A stretch of DNA of 64,000 bases from Arenicellales bacterium (GTDB lineage Bacteria > Pseudomonadota > Gammaproteobacteria > BMS3Bbin11). The notes beneath the pieces were generated by a model. That model did not search any database. It was not told the DNA's origin and worked only from the letters and a program-made list of their open reading frames with translations. Positions within the stretch are counted from its first letter, which is position 1; each line of letters begins with the position of its first letter. The DNA is taken from the NCBI GenBank assembly GCA_029287915.1, contig JARFQE010000096.1, positions 3,238 through 67,237 on the forward strand, written 5' to 3'. This document shows positions 19,439-30,106 of the stretch, in pieces. Position numbers and translations under genes: made by a program.

Positions 19439-20146
19439 TTATGGGGTCACTTCCATTTCTATTGTTCCAGAGACAATTACATTGAGAGTGGTATACCCAG
19501 ATTCAAATGAAGGCGCAGCAATTTCTGCAGACATCGCTTTTGGACTCGCCATGGCATTGGCATAGACCGGGCGTGGTGTGTTGCCAGAGGTGTTGATGTT
19601 GATATTCACCAGCCGATATTTTTTAAAGCCCATGCTTTTGCTAACCTGTTTTGCTCGAGCATTGAATTTTTTCAGAGCCGAATCAATCATTTCTGTCTGA
19701 ATTTTTTCCCTACGATCTGCCGATACACTAAACCCTGTCGTTTTTATAAGCATCGTTTCCTGTAATTTTTGCACCACTGCAGCCATGTCCTTGCTGTTCT
19801 GACTTTTTAGTACAATAGATGATGCACCGCGCCAGTGATCGAGGTGTCTATCACGCGAATAGATCGGTCGAATTGAATAGTCGCTAGTACTGCTTTTGAT
19901 ACTGGGAAATTTTTTAATTGTGGTGATGGCTGATGCTATAAGCTGATTCATTTCATCAGCCAGGCTGGTCGCATCCCGGCTATCATGCTCGATTCCCATC
20001 GTCACTGTAATTTCGTTGTTGTTCACTTCCCGTTGTTCAGTGACCTGGAATGAAACCCTGTTGTAAGTGTTTTTCTCATTGGCGTATCCCGGTAGTGCTA
20101 AAAGAGACATCAGAACGATGGCAATTAGTTGCCTACTGTAATGCAA
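19439..20146 (-). CDS. SIMPL/DUF541 periplasmic protein
   Basis: Signal peptide, YSIRPIY, FSVS, ALKKFNARA and a C-terminal VSGTI strand. TTG start after GGGGAG. Confidence 0.8.
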   Translation of the reverse strand: MHYSRQLIAIVLMSLLALPGYANEKNTYNRVSFQVTEQREVNNNEITVTMGIEHDSRDATSLADEMNQLIASAITTIKKFPSIKSSTSDYSIRPIYSRDRHLDHWRGASSIVLKSQNSKDMAAVVQKLQETMLIKTTGFSVSADRREKIQTEMIDSALKKFNARAKQVSKSMGFKKYRLVNININTSGNTPRPVYANAMASPKAMSAEIAAPSFESGYTTLNVIVSGTIEMEVTP

Positions 20147-20314
20147 TTTCTTCTCCCCAGAGGTAATTGTATTGCTGCATAATTTTGCTGACATGCTCAG
20201 GAAAATCGACTCTCTTCTTCTGCTTCATTGCCTGGCTGAAAAATTGACGTGCATCAAGTGGGATATTTTCAACCAGCTCGGCAGCAGAATTGATGCTGTC
20301 AGTAATATCGGACA

Positions 20315-20686
20315 TCAGTGTAATGTTCGAGGGCTGGAAAGGATAAACTCCGGAATCTCTGCATCGAAATTACTACCACTATCAGTCACCATCTGATAAC
20401 TGCCGCTCATGGTCCCTATCGGTGTCTTCAAGACAGCGCCGCTTGTATACTGGAAACCTTCACCCGGTTTCAGATGCGGTTGTTCACCTACAACACCATC
20501 ACCACGGACTTCCTCAACATGACCATTGGCATCAGTTATCACCCAGTGTCGCGTCATCAGCTTCGCTGCCTCAGTGCCTGTATTAGTGATTGTAATGGTA
20601 TAGGCAAAAACGTATTGTGAATCTACCGGCGAGGATTCTGATTCGATATATAAGGTATCAACATCAACATTTATACTTTGGGACAT
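20315..20686 (-). CDS. apaG: ApaG protein
   Basis: YVFAYTITI, RHWVITD, GDGVVGEQP and YTSG. Confidence 0.95.
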   Translation of the reverse strand: MSQSINVDVDTLYIESESSPVDSQYVFAYTITITNTGTEAAKLMTRHWVITDANGHVEEVRGDGVVGEQPHLKPGEGFQYTSGAVLKTPIGTMSGSYQMVTDSGSNFDAEIPEFILSSPRTLH

Positions 20687-20776
20687 TGGCACACCTGTAT
20701 GCTAATTTCACTATAGCTTAATAATAACAGATAAGAGAAAGGTTAATACCTTTTCTCTCAATGATACGCAGGGTAA

Positions 20777-21451
20777 TCAGGTGATTTTTTGCGGCATGAT
20801 ATCAGCAAAACGGTCAATATGAATAAAATTATCATTCGGCTCTGGTTCGAGTTTTGAATTGGGCTGCAGTATTGCGCGCAGGTGTTTGATGCCGTATTGC
20901 TCAGCAGATTGAAGAACCTTGATGCTATCGTCGATAAGCAAGGTATGATCTGGTGAAAATGGATGTATTCGCTGCAGTTTCTGCCAAAATTCAGTATTTT
21001 CCTTTGGCAAGCCTAAATCATGGGCAGTAATGATTTCATCAAGGTGTTCACCGATTGGCGTTTTGCGCATCTTTAGCGACAGGCTTTTACCATGTGCATT
21101 GGTGACCAGCGTGCGGCGCTTGCCACAATCGGCGAGTGCCTGCAAAAAGTCTATGACATCAGGGCGAACACTAATCAGGTGATCGACTTCTTGTTTCAAA
21201 ACTTCGATATTAAGATTGAGTTGTTCAGACCAGTAATCGACACAATACCATTCCAGCTTTCCTTCTGCCCGGCGATAGCGTTTCAACAATTGCTCCCGCG
21301 CCTGCACTAATGGCAGGTCGTTGGTTTCAGCATACCGCCTGGGCACATGCTCGAGCCAGAAGTGGGTGTCAAAATGCAGGTCTAACAGGGTGCCATCCAT
21401 ATCCAGTAAAACAGTATCGATTTCTGTCCATGACGGGATAATGGTATTCAT
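20777..21451 (-). CDS. yrfG: HAD-family GMP/IMP nucleotidase
   Basis: DMDGTLLDLHFD, WYCVDYW, VTNAH and IDDS. Divergent from nudE. Confidence 0.9.
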   Translation of the reverse strand: MNTIIPSWTEIDTVLLDMDGTLLDLHFDTHFWLEHVPRRYAETNDLPLVQAREQLLKRYRRAEGKLEWYCVDYWSEQLNLNIEVLKQEVDHLISVRPDVIDFLQALADCGKRRTLVTNAHGKSLSLKMRKTPIGEHLDEIITAHDLGLPKENTEFWQKLQRIHPFSPDHTLLIDDSIKVLQSAEQYGIKHLRAILQPNSKLEPEPNDNFIHIDRFADIMPQKIT

Positions 21452-21605
21452 GAGAGAAAATTCCCCTGTGCTATTTTCCAGTTGTTCGGTATCATGTTGG
21501 TCGTTAATGATCATGTGATGCTGCTTCGTCTCTAATACCATATCCTTTTACATTGAAATGGATTCTACGTCACTATAGCACCGCCCAATTGTGCTGTATC
21601 TTACC

Positions 21606-22154
21606 ATGTCAAAAAAGCCCAAAATCCTCTCTGTTACCAGTGTTGCTCGAAGCCGACTGTTTCATATTGAACAGGTGAACCTGCGTTTTAATAATGGCAG
21701 GGAAGTGCAGTTTGAGCGGCTGCAAAGCAATGCAGCCGGTTCTGTGCTAATCATTCCTGTTGATGGAGAAGAGCTGGTTTTGATCCGTGAGTACGCGGTG
21801 GGTACAGAGCGATATGAGCTGGGTTTTCCTAAAGGAGCCATTGACCCCGGCGAGCAGGCGTTAGTTGCAGCTAAACGTGAACTGCGGGAAGAGATTGGCA
21901 TGGCAAGTGCGGATATCAGGCTGCTTCGCCGTATTATCGTTTCTCCTGCATACTTTAATCGACCGACATCAATAATGCTGGCAACGGATTTGTCGATTGA
22001 CCCCTTGCCAGGTGATGAACCTGAGGCCATTCAACAAATACGCTGGCCGCTGGATCGAATGTGGGATCTGCCAGACCACAAAGATTTTGTCGATGGCTCT
22101 AATCAGCTGGCGCTGTATTTACTGGCCCATGAGCTGAAGCTTTTCCCTCATTGA
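21606..22154 (+). CDS. nudE: ADP-compounds hydrolase NudE
   Basis: LIREYAVGTERYELGFPKG and the intact Nudix box GAIDPGE...RELREEIG. Confidence 0.88.
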   Translation: MSKKPKILSVTSVARSRLFHIEQVNLRFNNGREVQFERLQSNAAGSVLIIPVDGEELVLIREYAVGTERYELGFPKGAIDPGEQALVAAKRELREEIGMASADIRLLRRIIVSPAYFNRPTSIMLATDLSIDPLPGDEPEAIQQIRWPLDRMWDLPDHKDFVDGSNQLALYLLAHELKLFPH

Positions 22155-22529
22155 GCTAATGGCAAAAAGTTGATTTTGGCGAACCACATGCCGCTGACAT
22201 CAACTCCCGGGCCCATGTAGTGATGATCAAATTTTCTCGCAGCAGCCGGACAATCTAGATAATGAAGATTGTGTTAATAGTAACGGGGAATACGGTGATT
22301 ATCTTTACGACGAGACAGTTAAACCCTTTCACCACACCTGGTCTATACACCAGAGTATGAGATACTCTATACTGATACCAATAACAGGCAAGCACGCCCC
22401 TAAGCAGGCTTACAGGATCAGAAAAATTGTTTCAGGGTGCGATTTCACCGGCCGGGCCGGTCAAACCGACGGGTGATTATAATTAGTACAATAATAAGTC
22501 TTGTTTAGCTCCAGGTTTTTTTAGTAACA

Positions 22530-23660
22530 ATGAATATAACTGGTTACCTCCCATTAATGAGAATGCTTCATACAAAAAAATCGCCTGTTTTAGTTAGCGG
22601 TCTGTTAGGGATACTGGTTTGCTTTGCTGTTTTTGCTGATGAGACTGTAGAGTTAGATAAGGAATTCAATAAGGGATTCAATACGGAATTCGATAAGGAA
22701 TTCGATAAGGAATTCGAGCTACTGTCCGATGATCGACCAGTGCCTAATCAGGTTGTACATCCATCCTGGTTCAAGGCCAGCTTCCTGGACCTTGGTGATG
22801 ATCTGAAAGAAGCAAAAGAGGCGAACAAGACTGGTATTGCCGTTTATTTCGGCCAGAAAGACTGCGCCTACTGCAGAACACTGATGGAAGTTAACCTGAG
22901 AACTCCAGATATCGCGCGCTATATGCGAAAAAATTTTGATGTTATTCCTCTCGACATCTGGAATAGTGCTGAAGTTACCGATTTGCAGGGAAACGTGCTG
23001 ACTGAGCGTCAGCTTGCCATCCGCGAAAAAACTAATTTCACCCCCTCATTTATTTTTTATGATCTTGATGGAAACATCGCTCTACGTCTTCGTGGCTACT
23101 ACCCCCCCTATGCATTTCGTGCCGCACTAAAATATGTCGTTGAGGGTTTTTACAAAGAAGAATCTCTACAGGCATATATGGACAGGGCAGATCCACCTGG
23201 CAAATTTGAACTCGAGGAGATGAATGGACAGCCTTTCTTTGAGCGATCTCCATATGTACTGGATCGAAGTCATTTCAGGGCTGAGAGGCCGTTAGTGGTG
23301 TTCTTTGAGCGCAAGAGCTGCCATGCTTGCGATATCCTGCATACCGAGCCTCTCGCAAAGAGGAGTGTACTAGAATTAATTGAGCAGTTTGAAGTGGTAC
23401 AGCTTGATGTAGACAGCGATGTACCTGTGCTGACCCCCAATGGAGAGCACCTGACGGCACGCCTGTGGGCAAAAAAACTGGGAATTTTTTACACCCCTGC
23501 CCTGGTTTTCTTTGACCAGTCTGGCAAGGAAATTATTCGACTCGATTCTGTTGCTGGCCAGCATCGTCTGCAAGGCGTAATGCGCTATGTATTGACAGGC
23601 GCCTATAAGAAATACCCAACCTATCTGGAGTACAGGTTTGGTCGTATGGACACTTATTGA
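22530..23660 (+). CDS. Periplasmic double thioredoxin-fold protein (SoxW-like)
   Basis: N-terminal hydrophobic segment, WFKASFLDL, and two domains with CAYC and CHAC each followed by a FTP/YTP cis-Pro loop. Confidence 0.8.
   Translation: MNITGYLPLMRMLHTKKSPVLVSGLLGILVCFAVFADETVELDKEFNKGFNTEFDKEFDKEFELLSDDRPVPNQVVHPSWFKASFLDLGDDLKEAKEANKTGIAVYFGQKDCAYCRTLMEVNLRTPDIARYMRKNFDVIPLDIWNSAEVTDLQGNVLTERQLAIREKTNFTPSFIFYDLDGNIALRLRGYYPPYAFRAALKYVVEGFYKEESLQAYMDRADPPGKFELEEMNGQPFFERSPYVLDRSHFRAERPLVVFFERKSCHACDILHTEPLAKRSVLELIEQFEVVQLDVDSDVPVLTPNGEHLTARLWAKKLGIFYTPALVFFDQSGKEIIRLDSVAGQHRLQGVMRYVLTGAYKKYPTYLEYRFGRMDTY
22656..22715 (+). repeat. In-frame 12-bp tandem repeat, 5 copies (consensus GATAAGGAATTC)
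   Basis: Encodes DKEF-NKGF-NTEF-DKEF-DKEF. Confidence 0.9.
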
Positions 23661-23732
23661 TCCCAGTATTTAGCTCACAATCAAGTGTAAACGGTTGTTA
23701 AACTCCAGATAACCTTGATTCCCCAGGCATTA

Positions 23733-24023
23733 TTATATCTCGTCAAGAAATTCATTAAGCTCTATGGTTTCAGCCGGATTATCAGGGTCAGCCTTATCAT
23801 CGGCCTCAAGATCATCAAAAGGTCCTGACCAGTCCTCGGGCGGAGCGGCTGAAGTCAGTTCCATTTCATTCCATAAATCGATCTCAAGTTCCTCGACCGA
23901 ACCATCAAAAAACTGAATTTCAATCGTTCCGTCCTCTTCGTCTATTGCGACAATCTCGAATAGTTGACCATCGACGTTATCAAGATACCATTTGCCGATT
24001 GCTGGTGCCGGATGATTTTTCAT
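23733..24023 (-). CDS. Small acidic protein (DUF6763-like)
   Basis: AAGGGGGG RBS and IGKWY...FEIVAIDE...IEIQFFDGSVEE...PPEDWSGPFD. Confidence 0.75.
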   Translation of the reverse strand: MKNHPAPAIGKWYLDNVDGQLFEIVAIDEEDGTIEIQFFDGSVEELEIDLWNEMELTSAAPPEDWSGPFDDLEADDKADPDNPAETIELNEFLDEI

Positions 24024-24126
24024 ATAACCCCCCTTAAACAAAATAGCATTAAATAAGTTGGCGTTTATACCTGTTAGATTGTATTTTTACTCTTCTATAT
24101 CAGCAGATTCAACAACTATCTTAGTA

Positions 24127-24143
24127 AGCAAATTATGTGCCGA
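24127..24143 (-). promoter_or_regulatory. Sigma-54 promoter
   Basis: Minus strand TCGGCACATAATTTGCT fits GG-N10-GC with GGCAC and TTGC, about 100 bp upstream of the 24023 start. Confidence 0.6.
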
Positions 24144-24260
24144 CACCACTAAATCACGCGTATAGCTATACAGGGCATACACAGGGCAGAATTATACAAT
24201 TTGTTATCAAAGGCTTCGTCTGCCCTTTCCCGCGCGCTTCGGTCAGGGTACAGTTATCCT

Positions 24261-25100
24261 ATGAGTATTGCTTTCACAAAAATGCATGGCCTGGGCAATG
24301 ATTTTATTGTCATTGAAGCATTGAAGAAAAAATTTCACGGGTCACCTGAGCAGATCAGGCGACTGGCTGACCGACATTTTGGTATCGGTTTTGATCAGCT
24401 GTTGCTGGTTGAACCACCAGTGTCTGAAGATATGGATTTCAGTTACCGAATTTTCAATGCCGATGGTGACGAGGTCGAGCAATGCGGCAATGGAGCGCGC
24501 TGTTTTGCCCGCTTTGTATATGACCGTGGCCTGACTGAGAAAACAGAAATCCGGGTTGGCACCCTGTCCGGTATTATCATTCCTCGCATACTTGATGATG
24601 GTCGAGTTTGCGTTGATATGGGCGTGCCTGATTTTGAACCCGAAAGAATTCCATTCATTACCGATCAGCGTCAGCATAGCTATAGTCTTGCGCTGGAGAA
24701 TGGTGTAGTAGAAATAGCGGCCGTATCGATGGGCAATCCTCATGCAGTACAGATTGTCGAGGATGTCGACAGCGCACCGGTGACACAAACCGGACCAGAG
24801 ATTGAACATCACCCCCTTTTCCCTCAGCGTGTAAATGCAGGCTATATGGAAGTGATTGACCGTCAGGCCATTCGTCTTCGGGTATGGGAACGTGGCTCAG
24901 GTGAAACCATGGCCTGTGGGACAGGGGCATGTGCTGCTGTTGTCACCGGTATCGACCAGGGTTTACTCGATAGTCCAGTGGAAGTAAGTTTGCCAGGTGG
25001 TAAACTGGACATAGAATGGTCAGGGCAGGACACTTCTGTGTTCATGACAGGACCGGCAGAGTATGTATATGAAGGAGAGTTCGAGATGGAGAAACTATGA
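24261..25100 (+). CDS. dapF: Diaminopimelate epimerase
   Basis: [21 protein letters not shown] and [13 protein letters not shown]. Confidence 0.97.
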   Translation: MSIAFTKMHGLGNDFIVIEALKKKFHGSPEQIRRLADRHFGIGFDQLLLVEPPVSEDMDFSYRIFNADGDEVEQCGNGARCFARFVYDRGLTEKTEIRVGTLSGIIIPRILDDGRVCVDMGVPDFEPERIPFITDQRQHSYSLALENGVVEIAAVSMGNPHAVQIVEDVDSAPVTQTGPEIEHHPLFPQRVNAGYMEVIDRQAIRLRVWERGSGETMACGTGACAAVVTGIDQGLLDSPVEVSLPGGKLDIEWSGQDTSVFMTGPAEYVYEGEFEMEKL

Positions 25101-25804
25101 GTAAACGACCAGGCAGCAATACAAGCAAGAATGACAACGCAGTATTATCCGAACCGGAAGTTGTCAGCTATCTGCAGCAGCATCCTGACTTGCTGCTGAA
25201 GCATCACGCATTGCTTGAGACCATGCAGGTTCCTCATAATGCAGGTTCTGGCATGGTTTCCCTTATTGAAAGGCAGGTAGATATATTGCGCGAAAAGAAC
25301 AGGCAACTGGAAGAAAGGCTGCTTGTGCTGATAAATAATGCGCGCGTTAATGAAGAACTAACAGAAAAGCTACATCGTTATAGCCTGCACCTGTTCAGCA
25401 GCAAAGGCATTGAGGAGCTAATACAGGTGGCGGCAGCAAACCTGCAGCAATTATTTGATATCGACGAGGTAAGTATCCATATCAAACCCGAATATCAGAG
25501 TGAGAATCTACAAACATCCAGTCTAAGCGACAAGATGTATGCAGCAATACTCGACACCCTCGGAAGTGATTCATGCAGCTGCCACAACGAGCTGGATGAT
25601 GAGCTGGTCGTTTCATTGTTTGGTGATAAATCATCCACTATAAAGTCCTGTGCCTTGCTGGCGCTGGATACACCACATCGAACAGGGTTTATAGCATTGG
25701 GATCTTCCGACCAGAATCGTTTTTCTCCTCAGATGGGGACGCTGATATTGTCACGCCTGGGAGAACATCTTTCTATCGCACTGGTTCGTCATCATGATTT
25801 TTAG
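25097..25804 (+). CDS. DUF484 (YigA-like) protein
   Basis: [12 protein letters not shown] and FSPQMGTL. Canonical position between dapF and xerC. Confidence 0.88.
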   Translation: MSKRPGSNTSKNDNAVLSEPEVVSYLQQHPDLLLKHHALLETMQVPHNAGSGMVSLIERQVDILREKNRQLEERLLVLINNARVNEELTEKLHRYSLHLFSSKGIEELIQVAAANLQQLFDIDEVSIHIKPEYQSENLQTSSLSDKMYAAILDTLGSDSCSCHNELDDELVVSLFGDKSSTIKSCALLALDTPHRTGFIALGSSDQNRFSPQMGTLILSRLGEHLSIALVRHHDF

Positions 25805-25821
25805 AACCCTGATGGGCTGAA

Positions 25822-26727
25822 ATGTTAGCCGCTGCTCAAAATCAGCTAGATGACTTTTTCGATTACCTGCGCTACGAGCGAAGAAATTCCCCACGCACAA
25901 TATCCGCCTATCAGCAGGACCTGAAGCGACTATCCAGCTATTGTAACAGGCAGGATATTGAAAACTGGTCCGATGTAAATAATTTACTTGGCAGGAAATG
26001 GCTGGCTAGCCTGCATCAACATGGACTGTCTGGCAGCAGCATACAACGTATATTGTCGGGTTGCCGGAGTTTTTACCGCTGGTTGATTCGAGAGCAACAT
26101 GTGTCAGCCAATCCCTTTGACCTCCTCAAAGCCCCTCGCCATCCACGAAAACTACCGGATACCATGGACATCGATGCGGTACAGCAACTCGTCTCATTGA
26201 CGGGTGATGACCATCTGACTGTGCGTGACAGAGCAATCCTTGAGCTGTTCTATTCATCCGGTCTGCGCCTGTCAGAACTTGTTTCACTGGATGTCGGAGA
26301 TATTGATTTTTCTGCAGGTGAAGCAAGAGTCACAGGCAAGGGAAATAAAACAAGAATTGTCCCGGTTGGGCGTTACGCGCAAATGGCAATCAAGCAATGG
26401 TTATCTGTTCGACCACAGATCGCAAATGAAACCGAACAGGCTATATTTGTCAGCAGGCGTGGCGGGCGGCTGGCAACGAGAAGTGTCGAAAAGCGCCTGA
26501 AGGACTGGGCAATTAGGCAAGGGATCAGCAGAAATGTGCATCCGCACATGCTTAGGCATTCATTTGCCAGCCATATGCTTGAGTCAAGCGGAGACCTGCG
26601 TGCCGTACAGGAGCTGCTTGGTCACCAGAACATCTCCACCACACAGATATATACCCACCTCGATTTCCAGCACCTCGCGAAGGTTTTTGATAAGGCCCAC
26701 CCGAGGGCAAAGCGAAAAAAAACCTAA
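25822..26727 (+). CDS. xerC: Tyrosine recombinase XerC
   Basis: SGLRLSEL, GKGNKTR, HMLRHSFASH, LGH and TQIYTHLDFQHL, in the dapF-yigA-xerC context. Confidence 0.95.
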   Translation: MLAAAQNQLDDFFDYLRYERRNSPRTISAYQQDLKRLSSYCNRQDIENWSDVNNLLGRKWLASLHQHGLSGSSIQRILSGCRSFYRWLIREQHVSANPFDLLKAPRHPRKLPDTMDIDAVQQLVSLTGDDHLTVRDRAILELFYSSGLRLSELVSLDVGDIDFSAGEARVTGKGNKTRIVPVGRYAQMAIKQWLSVRPQIANETEQAIFVSRRGGRLATRSVEKRLKDWAIRQGISRNVHPHMLRHSFASHMLESSGDLRAVQELLGHQNISTTQIYTHLDFQHLAKVFDKAHPRAKRKKT

Positions 26728-26733
26728 ACAGAT

Positions 26734-26761
26734 GTGTTATGTATCAGGCTTTACATAACAC
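26734..26761. terminator. Hairpin between convergent xerC and YkgJ-family genes
   Basis: GTGTTATGTA-N8-TACATAACAC is a perfect 10-bp inverted repeat with no clear U-tract. Confidence 0.45.
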
Positions 26762-26783
26762 CTGAACCGTCAATCGCAATACA

Positions 26784-27197
26784 TTATTTTTTCTTTTTCT
26801 CCCACTTGTCCCATTTTTTATATCTCTTTCTGCAGTACTTGCGTAAAGCATCGTAATCTTTGAAATACAGTTCAAAATCATCTTCACCGGCGAGACCTTC
26901 TTTCTCACAATTATCGCTGCTATGGTCACGGCATATTTTAGGGCGAACATCGTAGATACCGCAGTCACCATTTGGCAGCAGATGGGTACAGGGGTTGGTT
27001 ATTAGAAGAAACCAGCCATCCTCGTCCTTGTAAATTTCTGTGTGTTTATGTGATATCTGCCATAATAGAACATCGAAGTCCTCGCGCGAACGAGGTGTAT
27101 CGATTTGCTGGGTAAAATAGGTGCAGCACCATGACCTGGTGCACTGACTACAGGGATTGCTGTCTGCAATGGGAATTTTTTTCGACATGCCGCGCAA
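26784..27197 (-). CDS. YkgJ family (CxxCxxCC) Cys-cluster protein
   Basis: CSQCTRSWCC...CTHL...CGIYDVRPKICR. Confidence 0.85.
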   Translation of the reverse strand: MRGMSKKIPIADSNPCSQCTRSWCCTYFTQQIDTPRSREDFDVLLWQISHKHTEIYKDEDGWFLLITNPCTHLLPNGDCGIYDVRPKICRDHSSDNCEKEGLAGEDDFELYFKDYDALRKYCRKRYKKWDKWEKKKK

Positions 27198-27880
27198 TCT
27201 ATATGAAATGAGGTCTATTCACAATCTACAATTTACCGCGGATGAACCTATGAGCAGTTTTACCGACAATATATTCAAACACCTGTTAACTAACCAGCTG
27301 CATCTGATTTTCTGCAGGAAAAACAGAATATCGGTAATATCAGAATCCTATTTCTCGAAAAATATAGTCCACTCCTTATCTGAGATAATCCGTGGTGTGC
27401 ATCATTAATGGGGGGACAGGTTGTATAGGACTGAGCATTTACTATGTAAAGTCCAGCATACCCACCGGCTGTCATATTTCTGCAATATTTTGATGATATA
27501 ATTATTAATATAACATGGCTCTGTTAGAGTCTGAACAGCGCCTGTTAAGCCACCTGCAGGTGATCATATTATCTGAGAAATATCTGAGAGTTTCGTCTGT
27601 AGAACGATTTCTAGCCTGACGTACTCCTTCTACTATATCGCACTGATGTGCGCGGCCTGGCCCTCCGTGACAGGGGCTCATCTCCTATTGCCTGTTCTAT
27701 ACAAGTTAACGAAAACCTTGGGTATATTCGATACACCTGTTATCTATGGAAGGTATCTATGACGACTGCAGCGCCATAAGGTAGTCGATGTCTGCATGAT
27801 ATAATCGCAGTGCAATATCCGTCTAACGCATTGAGCGCAAATGTTTGTGCCGTCCATAATCTGTTTGTCAGAATAGTGTC

Positions 27881-30106
27881 ATGTCAAACTTATCCATAGT
27901 AATCGCACCTGTTAATAAATTGCTTCTGTTCGTTGCACTTTTTCTTGTCTCACAGATGTGGACGAGTACAGCTCTTGCCGATGCAATATCCAAACAGCCA
28001 AAAATTGGCCTGGCGCTGAGTGGCGGTGGTGCACGTGGCGCCGCACATATTGGCGTCATCAGGGAACTGGAAAGGCAAAATATCCGCATCGACTATATTG
28101 CCGGTACCAGCATGGGCGCTATTATTGCCGGTCTCTACGCCTCTGGTATGAGTGTTGACCAGATTGACCAGGCCTATCGCAGCATAGACTGGAAACATGT
28201 CCTCAATGATTCACCACCGCGTCAGGATCTATCGATGCGGCGCAAGTTTGATCAGTCTGTTTTCCAGCTGGATAAAAAAATTGGCATCAAGAATGGTAAA
28301 GTCGATGTTCCAGCAGGCGTGATCCGGGGTCAGAAACTGGAGCTGGAACTGCAGAAGCTCTTGATGCACGTCGCAGAAATTGATGATTTCGATAAGCTCG
28401 TCATCCCATTCCGTGCGATTGCCTCGGATATTGCCAGCAATCAGGTTGTCGTTCTCGGCTCCGGCAGCCTGTCCCAGGCTTTACGTGCAAGCATGGCAGT
28501 GCCAGGTGTGTTTACACCGGTGAAGGTTGATGACAGATTGCTGGTCGATGGAGGCATTACCAATAACCTCCCTGTGGATGTCGTCAGAAAAATGGGAGCT
28601 GACATTGTTATCGCGGTGGATATTGGCAGCCCGTTTTTGAAGATGGACGAAACAGTTAACATCTTTACTGTTGCCGAGCAATTGACCAATATCCTTGTCC
28701 GGCGCACTACCGACCAGCAAATAAATACACTGGCTAATGATGATGTTCTCATTGTACCGGAACTTGGAACTTTCTCAGCGGGTAACTTTACCGGCTCCGC
28801 TTCACTGATTCAGAAAGGTGAGGCAGCGGCACAGGAAAAAATTTCCAGCTTGGCTCAGCTGGTAAGTCCAAATCCTGTGCCATCGGCAAAACCAGAAGCA
28901 TGCCCGTCATGTCAACTGGCATTACCGGTAATCAGTTATGTCAGGGTCAACAATGATTCCCAGGTCGATGATGAATATCTACGACAAATGCTGCAGCAGC
29001 AGACCGGTCAGCCACTTGATGTGCCCACACTGGAGCAGGATATAGGTCGTATCTATGGTCTCGGGATATTTGACAGTGTTCAGTACGACCTGGAGAAAAC
29101 AGGGAGTGAAACGGGACTAGTGCTGAAGGTTCGGGAACAGCCCTGGGGCCCGAACTATCTGCAGTTTGGTCTTACCCTGTCGAGTGATTTTGCTAATTCA
29201 AATCGGTTCTCGGTCCGTTTTGGTTATACCAAAATGCCCATCAACAGGCTCAATGGTGAATGGCGTACGATATTTTCACTGGGCGAAGAACCGGGCATAG
29301 AAACCGATCTATACCAACCGCTGGCAATTGGCTCTCCCTGGTTCATCGAGCCATCTGCCTTCGCGATAAACAATAAATACAACGTATTAGAAAATGAGAA
29401 TATCATTGCTGAAACAAGTGTTACTCGTGTGGGTGCGGCGATTGCACTGGGTCGTGAGTTCAACAGTCTGGGTAATATGCGGTTGGGGCTGAGGCGATAT
29501 GCCGGTCGAACTGAGATCACTGTTGGTGATCCTGATCTGCCAGAACAGGATATCGATGCAGGGGAAATTTATCTCGATGCGCGGTATGACTCGCTGGATG
29601 ACCTCTTTTTTCCGCGTCGGGGCTGGAAAGGCGATTTCGGCTGGCTTGGTTCGAGGACGCAGCTTGGTGCCGATAGTGACTACGATCAGGCCACGGTCAG
29701 GGTTCTTACTGCAAAAACATGGGGCAGGCATACTCTGCAGTTGGGTGGAAGAATCATGACCACCTATAACGGTGAAGCACCAATACAGAGTTACTTCCGC
29801 CTGGGCGGTTTGTTCACACTGCCAGGCTACAGCGAGAATGAGCTGGCTGGCCAGGATGCTGTGTTGTTTAAGGCTGGCTATCTCCGCGCGACTAAGCCGC
29901 TACTTTCCATGCCAACGTACCTGGGTGCAACACTACAATACGGTGACGTCTTTCAGGACAATGATGATATTCAGATTTCAGACATGAAAGTGGCTGCCGC
30001 CGTGTATCTAGGACTACAAAGTGTCATTGGTCCGCTTTACATCGGTTACGGGCTGGCTGATAGTGGGGAAAACCGTGTGTATTTGACTATCGGGGGCTTG
30101 CAGTGA
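27881..30106 (+). CDS. Patatin-POTRA-Omp85 barrel protein (PlpD-like, type Vd)
   Basis: Signal peptide; GGGARG, GTSMG and DGG patatin motifs; POTRA-like segment; barrel with FRLGG and a GPLYIGYG C-terminus. Confidence 0.88.
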   Translation: MSNLSIVIAPVNKLLLFVALFLVSQMWTSTALADAISKQPKIGLALSGGGARGAAHIGVIRELERQNIRIDYIAGTSMGAIIAGLYASGMSVDQIDQAYRSIDWKHVLNDSPPRQDLSMRRKFDQSVFQLDKKIGIKNGKVDVPAGVIRGQKLELELQKLLMHVAEIDDFDKLVIPFRAIASDIASNQVVVLGSGSLSQALRASMAVPGVFTPVKVDDRLLVDGGITNNLPVDVVRKMGADIVIAVDIGSPFLKMDETVNIFTVAEQLTNILVRRTTDQQINTLANDDVLIVPELGTFSAGNFTGSASLIQKGEAAAQEKISSLAQLVSPNPVPSAKPEACPSCQLALPVISYVRVNNDSQVDDEYLRQMLQQQTGQPLDVPTLEQDIGRIYGLGIFDSVQYDLEKTGSETGLVLKVREQPWGPNYLQFGLTLSSDFANSNRFSVRFGYTKMPINRLNGEWRTIFSLGEEPGIETDLYQPLAIGSPWFIEPSAFAINNKYNVLENENIIAETSVTRVGAAIALGREFNSLGNMRLGLRRYAGRTEITVGDPDLPEQDIDAGEIYLDARYDSLDDLFFPRRGWKGDFGWLGSRTQLGADSDYDQATVRVLTAKTWGRHTLQLGGRIMTTYNGEAPIQSYFRLGGLFTLPGYSENELAGQDAVLFKAGYLRATKPLLSMPTYLGATLQYGDVFQDNDDIQISDMKVAAAVYLGLQSVIGPLYIGYGLADSGENRVYLTIGGLQ

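Noticed and set aside
22656..22715. Short repeats as a CRISPR array
   Set aside because: They are 12-bp contiguous in-frame units without spacers, and there are no cas genes in the window.
25822..26727. Tyrosine recombinase as the integron integrase for the attC-like sites
   Set aside because: It has the XerC C-terminal signature, sits in dapF-yigA-xerC, and lacks the IntI-specific insertion.
26734..26761. TTATGT/ACATAA inverted repeat after xerC as a dif site
   Set aside because: The arms are in the opposite orientation to dif (CATAA-N6-TTATG). It is better explained as a hairpin between convergent genes.
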